Source: Thermodesulfobacteriota bacterium
GTDB taxonomy: Bacteria; Desulfobacterota; Desulfarculia; JACQYL01
Direction of reading: 5' to 3'
NCBI GenBank assembly: GCA_963675595.2
Contig: CAXXLZ010000003.1
Span: 160,001-224,000, forward strand
Length of the DNA stretch: 64,000 nucleotides
Both the position numbers and the translations under genes were made by a program. Below, piece after piece: positions 58,506 to 64,000 of the stretch; the stretch's first letter is position 1; the number at the start of each line of letters is the position of its first letter. The notes under the pieces were generated by a model. It was not told the origin of the DNA and searched no databases. It saw only the letters and a list, made by a program, of their open reading frames with translations.

Positions 58506-60761
58506 TTGAGCGGTTTTGAACCCGTCAGATCGGGGATAAGCGAGGACGGAGCATTCCAAAGAATCCGGGAAGCCAAGTCCAAGATAGATGAACTGACCGA
58601 CGCATTCGAAGAGAGCTTCGGTGCTTCGGATCGCCAAGTTCAATCCTGGAAGAAGACTCTTGAACGAATTGACGTCGACCCGGTGAACAAGATCGTGCGG
58701 ATTTCCGTCGTGGGTGCTGTGAAAGCCGGGAAGAGCACATTCGGTAATTATTTCTTGGGTGATGACCTCCTGAGAAGAGGAGCCGGAGTCATCACTGCGG
58801 TCGTGACGAGAGTGCTTTCCGGGGAGAGGCTTCGGGCGGAGCTGAAACTAAAGGGCCTCAAGCAGGTACAGGACGAAGTCCTGGACGCTCTTGGGATATT
58901 GGATCCGTCTGAAGAACGCTTTTCTTCCCGCACATTTCGCCTCGATCGTGCCGAAGATCGAGCCCAAGTCCGTGCGTTTCTTGCCGAAATGACCGGCCTA
59001 GGAGAAATGTCCGACGATCTGATCCGACAGAGTACTCTGCTGAGGGCGTACTTGGACGGATTTGAAGAGCTGAAGGATATTCTGAAAGCCGACGAGTCGG
59101 AGATTCACCTGGAGGGGAAGGAGGTAACCGGCCATCGGGATTTCGTGGGCCGGGAGACCAGGGCCATCTATTTGAAAGAGGCTTTGCTGACCGTTCCCGT
59201 GAAGAAGCTGCCCCGAGGCGTGGAGATCGGCGATTGCCAAGGCAGCGACTCGGCGAATCCCGCGCACCTGGCGGCTGTCCTCGAGTATCTCCTGGAAAGC
59301 CATTTCGTCATCTATCTCATCAGCAGCCGGACGGGCGTCCGAGAAGCAGACGTCAAATTGATTCAGGCGTTGAAAAGCCTTCAACTGTCCAATCAGGTTT
59401 TTTTCTTATTTAATTTGGACCTTGGTGAACACGAAGGCAGATCTTCCGTGGTCCAACAAATTCAGCGCAACGAATCGGACCTCCGATCTTTGGGCTTGGG
59501 GTCCGACGTTTATGCCTTTTCAGTGCTGTACCATCTTTTTAACGAGTTGGAGAGCAGCCGACTTTCCGGCAAAGACGAACTTCGCATGGCACTGTGGAAG
59601 GAAGACCAGGAGCTGATCGCTCTTTCCGAGGAGAACGAAGCCCGATTCCGGCGTGACTTCGAGAATCTTATAGAGAAGGAAAGATACGAGCTTCAGATCA
59701 ACAAAGCGAATACAGCCTTGTCCGGGCTGCTTCGAACGATGAAGGAGTTTCTGGAGTTTCGAGGGACATTGGTGGGAAAGAGCAAATCCGAAATGGAGGA
59801 GAGCGCGCGTGTGCTGAAGGCGAGGCAGAGCTCCATTCGGGATACGCCCGGCGTCGTTCGTAACGCCCTTGACGGGGTGAAGTCCAAGTTGAACGGAGAG
59901 ATCAAAAGGGATGTTGACCAGTTTTTTGACGGCAAATTCGGAGCCCCGGTTATCGCCATGCTTTCCCTCATCGATACCTTCGATCCCCGTATGGAAACAC
60001 TGGAGGCTTCTTCAGGGGTTTCGCGATCTCTTGTGGTTTTCTACAGAAAGCTGAGCGAAAGTCTTCAGCGTCATGTGCAGGAAGAATTCAACCTCAAATT
60101 AATCGAGTTCGCAAAAAAACGTGTGACCAGGATTCGGGAAGAGTACTTCCGGCAGATTGGTTCCTATATCGAGGTCCTGGATCAGTTGTTCGAAAACTAC
60201 GCGCAGGAGATGAAGGTGTTGGCTCCCGGCTTTGTGAGTCGGTCTTTCCAAGCTGCGGCCCCCTCCCGGTCGGGAGATTGGAAACCCAAGATATTCAATC
60301 CGGAGTTTCACTTTCACGTGAAGGCGAGAGCGGAAGTGTTTCTCAGGATCGGTTGGGGGAAGACGTTCGAGGGAGTTAGAGTACTCACCAGAAAAATCAT
60401 GAAGAAAGATGCCGGTGAAGAACAGGATAGACTGAACAAGTTGATACTCAGTGGGCAGGGGGTGATTCGCAAATGCCTCAAGGAAGAACTCCTCGAACAA
60501 CTGTCCGACTACCGTGAAAATCTGAAATATGGTTTCTTCCTGAAAGCGAGTGAAATGATCGCGGACGAGATCTATAAAGAGGTCGAGCAATATATAGAAG
60601 AGAATTTGCTGGACCTTACCCAGATGGAGGATTTGATTCGCTCGGAGGGGCAAGGCAAGTCGGAGGAGGCCGCCGTGATTGAACGTTTGTCCAAGGAGGT
60701 CGCGTCGGCGGGAGCGCTCTTACCGATCATCGACTTCCACAAGGAGCCCGAAGGGAAGTGA
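58506..60761 (+). CDS. Dynamin-like GTPase 1
   Basis: G1 GAVKAGKST, ITAVVT, G3 DCQG, long helical stalk; TATAAT and GGAGGAG before TTG 58506. Confidence 0.85.
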   Translation: MSGFEPVRSGISEDGAFQRIREAKSKIDELTDAFEESFGASDRQVQSWKKTLERIDVDPVNKIVRISVVGAVKAGKSTFGNYFLGDDLLRRGAGVITAVVTRVLSGERLRAELKLKGLKQVQDEVLDALGILDPSEERFSSRTFRLDRAEDRAQVRAFLAEMTGLGEMSDDLIRQSTLLRAYLDGFEELKDILKADESEIHLEGKEVTGHRDFVGRETRAIYLKEALLTVPVKKLPRGVEIGDCQGSDSANPAHLAAVLEYLLESHFVIYLISSRTGVREADVKLIQALKSLQLSNQVFFLFNLDLGEHEGRSSVVQQIQRNESDLRSLGLGSDVYAFSVLYHLFNELESSRLSGKDELRMALWKEDQELIALSEENEARFRRDFENLIEKERYELQINKANTALSGLLRTMKEFLEFRGTLVGKSKSEMEESARVLKARQSSIRDTPGVVRNALDGVKSKLNGEIKRDVDQFFDGKFGAPVIAMLSLIDTFDPRMETLEASSGVSRSLVVFYRKLSESLQRHVQEEFNLKLIEFAKKRVTRIREEYFRQIGSYIEVLDQLFENYAQEMKVLAPGFVSRSFQAAAPSRSGDWKPKIFNPEFHFHVKARAEVFLRIGWGKTFEGVRVLTRKIMKKDAGEEQDRLNKLILSGQGVIRKCLKEELLEQLSDYRENLKYGFFLKASEMIADEIYKEVEQYIEENLLDLTQMEDLIRSEGQGKSEEAAVIERLSKEVASAGALLPIIDFHKEPEGK

Positions 60762-62497
60762 CCGACGACATCGATACCATCCGCATTCTGCGTGAACGGC
60801 TGTCCAAGGTTCCTTTTGCGGGTGTTTCCGCCGGAATCGGCACGTTCGAGCATGAACGGGCAAGACTGCTCCGGCAACTGTCCATCCTCATGTTCAAGTG
60901 GGAGCATGCCGCACGGCTTCCGCCCATCCTGGTGTTCGAAGGAGGAACGGGCACCGGAAAGTCCAGCATTTTCAATTCACTTATCGGCTACCCGGTGAGT
61001 CGAACCGGCGCCCAAAGACCTCAGACGATCAATCCCCTGGTACTTCTGCCCGAAGGGCCGGCTTCCTTATTCTTGGAAGGGGACCTGTTCCCTTTCCTCA
61101 AGTCCGAATGGCGGGACCTGACCTCTCCCGGACGGAGCGAGACGGATATACCCGACTCCATCGTCTACGTAAAACATGGATTCTCCGCTTGGCAGAAGAG
61201 CATTCTTGTGGACAGTCCTGATGTGGACAGCGTGGTGGCTTCGAATCGCGCTTCCGCAGAAGACTTGTTCAACCTTGCGGACCTGGTCGTGTTCGTCACG
61301 AGCCAGGAGAAGTACGCCGACAAGTTGCCTTTCTCCTGGATTGAAGAAGCTCGGAGGACGGAGAAACCTTTTCTTGTGGTGCTGAACAAATGGGATTCGG
61401 AGGAGAGCCGGTTGGATCTTCTGGAAAAGCTGGCCGCCTCGGACATTCATCCGCTTGGTGACATCATCCGGCTTCCGAGGGTACGTCGAGACGAACCCAC
61501 GTTGTTCCAAAGTTCGGAAATCGCTCCCTTGCTTCAGTTGCTCGAATCCCTCGACCGGACACGGCTGCTGCAGAAAGGGCGGGCCTCCCTCGGTCGTGCC
61601 TGCCTGGAACGTCTCGACGTCGTCGTTCAATTGCTTCGCAGGGAGCGGGAGGTTGAGGACACGGTTCAATCAGCCATCGGGGAACTGGCGACTCGCACGG
61701 ACGAGCGCTTGTTCAGCGCTCTAACGCCGGACGTGGACGAGCGGACCCGCTCCAACATGAAGAAGCACCTTAGGCTTCTCCTGGCACGATATGACTACTT
61801 TCGGCATCCTAGAAAATGGGTGAGGGACCTGGTCCTGGCCCCTCTCGACTTTTTAGGGGTGATGCGGAAGAGCGGCGAACCCGATGGGGGGGCCTCGGTG
61901 TTGGTCAAACATCGGCTTCCCATGGAGCCTCTGAAGGATTCGCTCGCTTTTTTCCAGGAGGGCGCCGCTTCCATCCTAAGGGCGAAGGCACCCGGCTCAA
62001 GCCTTTACGCGCAAATGCTCGGAAAAGGAGTGTTTCTCTCTTGGGAAGAGGTCGAAGAGTTTTGCCTCCAAGAGCTCGGCTCCATCGACGGATGGATCCA
62101 GGAACGCTTCGACACCTTGAAGAAGGGACTTTCCACCGGAAAAAAGGTGGGAGTGGCCTCCGCCTCCATTCTTTCCGGTCTGATGCTCTTGTTGCTGGAA
62201 ACCGTGGTGGGAGGAGGCATCACGGTACTCGAGATACTTCTGGATACCGCCGTCATTCCATATATCCCCAAAGGTGTGTTGGAGTTGGTGGTATACGATG
62301 AGATCAAAGCCATTGGGCGAGAATTGGACAGGCGATACCGGGCGACTTACGATAACTTGCTGGCCCTCCAGAAGAAGCGAGTCATCGAGTTCATAGCGCA
62401 TCGTTTTCCGCGTAATTCGGATATTGAATTGCTCGTCACGTGGAGGACCTGGTTGGTACGGGCCTTGGACGGGCTTTCGGGAGGCGGCCGGACGTGA
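60758..62497 (+). CDS. Dynamin-like GTPase 2
   Basis: G1 GGTGTGKSS, RPQT, DSPDVDS, EKYAD, NKWD; C-terminal hydrophobic hairpin; GTGA overlap. Confidence 0.85.
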   Translation: MTDDIDTIRILRERLSKVPFAGVSAGIGTFEHERARLLRQLSILMFKWEHAARLPPILVFEGGTGTGKSSIFNSLIGYPVSRTGAQRPQTINPLVLLPEGPASLFLEGDLFPFLKSEWRDLTSPGRSETDIPDSIVYVKHGFSAWQKSILVDSPDVDSVVASNRASAEDLFNLADLVVFVTSQEKYADKLPFSWIEEARRTEKPFLVVLNKWDSEESRLDLLEKLAASDIHPLGDIIRLPRVRRDEPTLFQSSEIAPLLQLLESLDRTRLLQKGRASLGRACLERLDVVVQLLRREREVEDTVQSAIGELATRTDERLFSALTPDVDERTRSNMKKHLRLLLARYDYFRHPRKWVRDLVLAPLDFLGVMRKSGEPDGGASVLVKHRLPMEPLKDSLAFFQEGAASILRAKAPGSSLYAQMLGKGVFLSWEEVEEFCLQELGSIDGWIQERFDTLKKGLSTGKKVGVASASILSGLMLLLLETVVGGGITVLEILLDTAVIPYIPKGVLELVVYDEIKAIGRELDRRYRATYDNLLALQKKRVIEFIAHRFPRNSDIELLVTWRTWLVRALDGLSGGGRT

Positions 62498-64000
62498 AGG
62501 CACGCTCGCACATTCAGGACGGGGTCGAAGACCTCAGGAAGTCCATGCGGCTCGTGTCCGGCTTGGTCGGCGCGGAGGATATCCAGGCAACGGAAAAGAG
62601 CCTGGTGGACATTGAGCGGAGGTTGGATGACTGCGGAGGACCGCTGCATGTGGGATTGCTGGGGGGAACGGGCGTCGGAAAGTCCTCCCTGATCAACGCA
62701 CTCGCCGGATCTGAGGTGTCGACCGCCTCGGACCGACGTCCTCACACGGACCGTATCGTTGTGTATCGTCATCGTGAGGCCCGTTTCGAGGAACCCGACA
62801 CGGACCTGATCATACGCCCCCATCGAGTCCACGACCACGACGCGATTCGCGATCTCATACTGTTCGATCTTCCGGATTTCGACAGTGTACTCCCCCAAAA
62901 CCGGCACCGCGTGCTTCTCTTTCTGAACCAACTCGATGTGGTTTGCTGGATCGTGAGTCCGGAGAAATATGCCGACCAGGTTTTTTACGACATGGTGCGT
63001 CTGAGCCCTCAGAATCCCGAGAATTTTGTTTTTGTGCTCAACAAGATCGATCTGTTGACCGATCGAGACGGGAGTTTGGACAAAGAAGAGCTTGAAGGGA
63101 TTCTCCTCGATTTCCGAAAGAAGCTGATCGCCGCCGGGATTGATGAGGCCGAAATTTATCCGGTGTCGGCATCTTCGGCAATACGCGGAACCGGTCCCGT
63201 CGGTGAATTCGGCGAGCTGCGGGAATTTCTTTACCGAAGGAGACAGGATAAGGAAATCCGGGCCATCAAGTTGAGCAACCTTGAGTATGAACTGGGCAAT
63301 GCGGCCGCCCGTCTGAGTGCCTATCCGGATACGCCCGAACTGCTGGGTGCGCTGGACTCCTTGCTGGGCGAAGTCGACGCCGGATTTGAGGAAATGCGGG
63401 ACCTGTCGCGCTCGGTGGCTCCCAAGCACGCCGATGAATGTCGAAGAAACCGGATTCGGAGTATGTGGCTTGCGGGGTCCGGGGAACGCGGCATGGTAGC
63501 GGGTCTTGTGAGAGGGTGGACCTCGGTTCAAAGACTCTGGAGACCGGCCGGCGTCGATCCCGTGGGGGAACTCCTACAGATGAATTTCGATTCGCTGGAT
63601 GCTTTGGAGCGTAAACGGGCGACGCTCCGGAACAGGGTCCGTGCGGAACTGGCGCGATTTCCCATGAGTGAGGAGCGCAGGAGCGTGGGTGGAGAAGCGG
63701 GAGAACTCAAGAGGGGGATCGCGGAACTTGCGGACGAGGTGCTCCTGAATGTTCGAGAGTGGTTCGAATCAGGCGAGGCGGGAAGGGTGCGCTCCGGGTT
63801 GCAACGCCTGAAAGCCCGATTTGTATTGACCGTTCCAGTGCTGACCATGCTGCTTTACCTCATGGGCCCGGACTCTTTGGCCACGATGGTCCGGACCCCC
63901 GGTTGGAACGAGGCCGTGGAATTGGTTCTGAATCTGTTGGTTTCGGCCTTTCAGTCCAAAGGCCTGGTGGCCCTTTTGAGCCTCCTGCTCATTGAAGGGA
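62494..64000 (+). CDS. Dynamin-like GTPase 3 (runs off window end; absent from ORF track)
   Basis: GTG 62494 overlaps the previous stop; GGTGVGKSS, RPHT, DLPDFDS, PEKYAD, NKID; hydrophobic segments near 63820-64000; frame open to the end. Confidence 0.85.
   Translation, partial: MKARSHIQDGVEDLRKSMRLVSGLVGAEDIQATEKSLVDIERRLDDCGGPLHVGLLGGTGVGKSSLINALAGSEVSTASDRRPHTDRIVVYRHREARFEEPDTDLIIRPHRVHDHDAIRDLILFDLPDFDSVLPQNRHRVLLFLNQLDVVCWIVSPEKYADQVFYDMVRLSPQNPENFVFVLNKIDLLTDRDGSLDKEELEGILLDFRKKLIAAGIDEAEIYPVSASSAIRGTGPVGEFGELREFLYRRRQDKEIRAIKLSNLEYELGNAAARLSAYPDTPELLGALDSLLGEVDAGFEEMRDLSRSVAPKHADECRRNRIRSMWLAGSGERGMVAGLVRGWTSVQRLWRPAGVDPVGELLQMNFDSLDALERKRATLRNRVRAELARFPMSEERRSVGGEAGELKRGIAELADEVLLNVREWFESGEAGRVRSGLQRLKARFVLTVPVLTMLLYLMGPDSLATMVRTPGWNEAVELVLNLLVSAFQSKGLVALLSLLLIEG

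Overview
A 64-kb chromosomal window from an anaerobe that looks like a Desulfobacterota (deltaproteobacterial) lineage, inferred from a PxxKW protein, a DASS transporter/two-component cluster, MucR and selB. Bases 1-9000 are accessory DNA around two integration hotspots, tmRNA (ssrA) and tRNA-Lys(CTT). They hold decayed IS3 and RAYT transposases, surface proteins, and a ~1.3-kb att-flanked mini-island carrying a HigBA-type toxin-antitoxin pair. The middle is mostly housekeeping and envelope genes: smpB, grpE-dnaK, lpoA-like, tatB/tatC, glgC, rfbD, a DegT aminotransferase, an L,D-transpeptidase with a Lys-terminated alanine-zipper lipoprotein, and a KS/CLF-like/ACP trio. One intact IS3 (IS407 group) element sits at 45832-47129. 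Two loci stand out. The first is a hidden 604-aa UGSC selenoprotein that the ORF track splits at an in-frame TGA; it has a SECIS-like hairpin, a signal peptide, a perfect sigma-54 promoter and a multi-branched structured leader, with selB nearby. The second is three translationally coupled dynamin-like GTPases with non-canonical G motifs, downstream of a membrane protein bearing a transposase-like HTH. All calls come from reading motifs by eye; no database searches were run.
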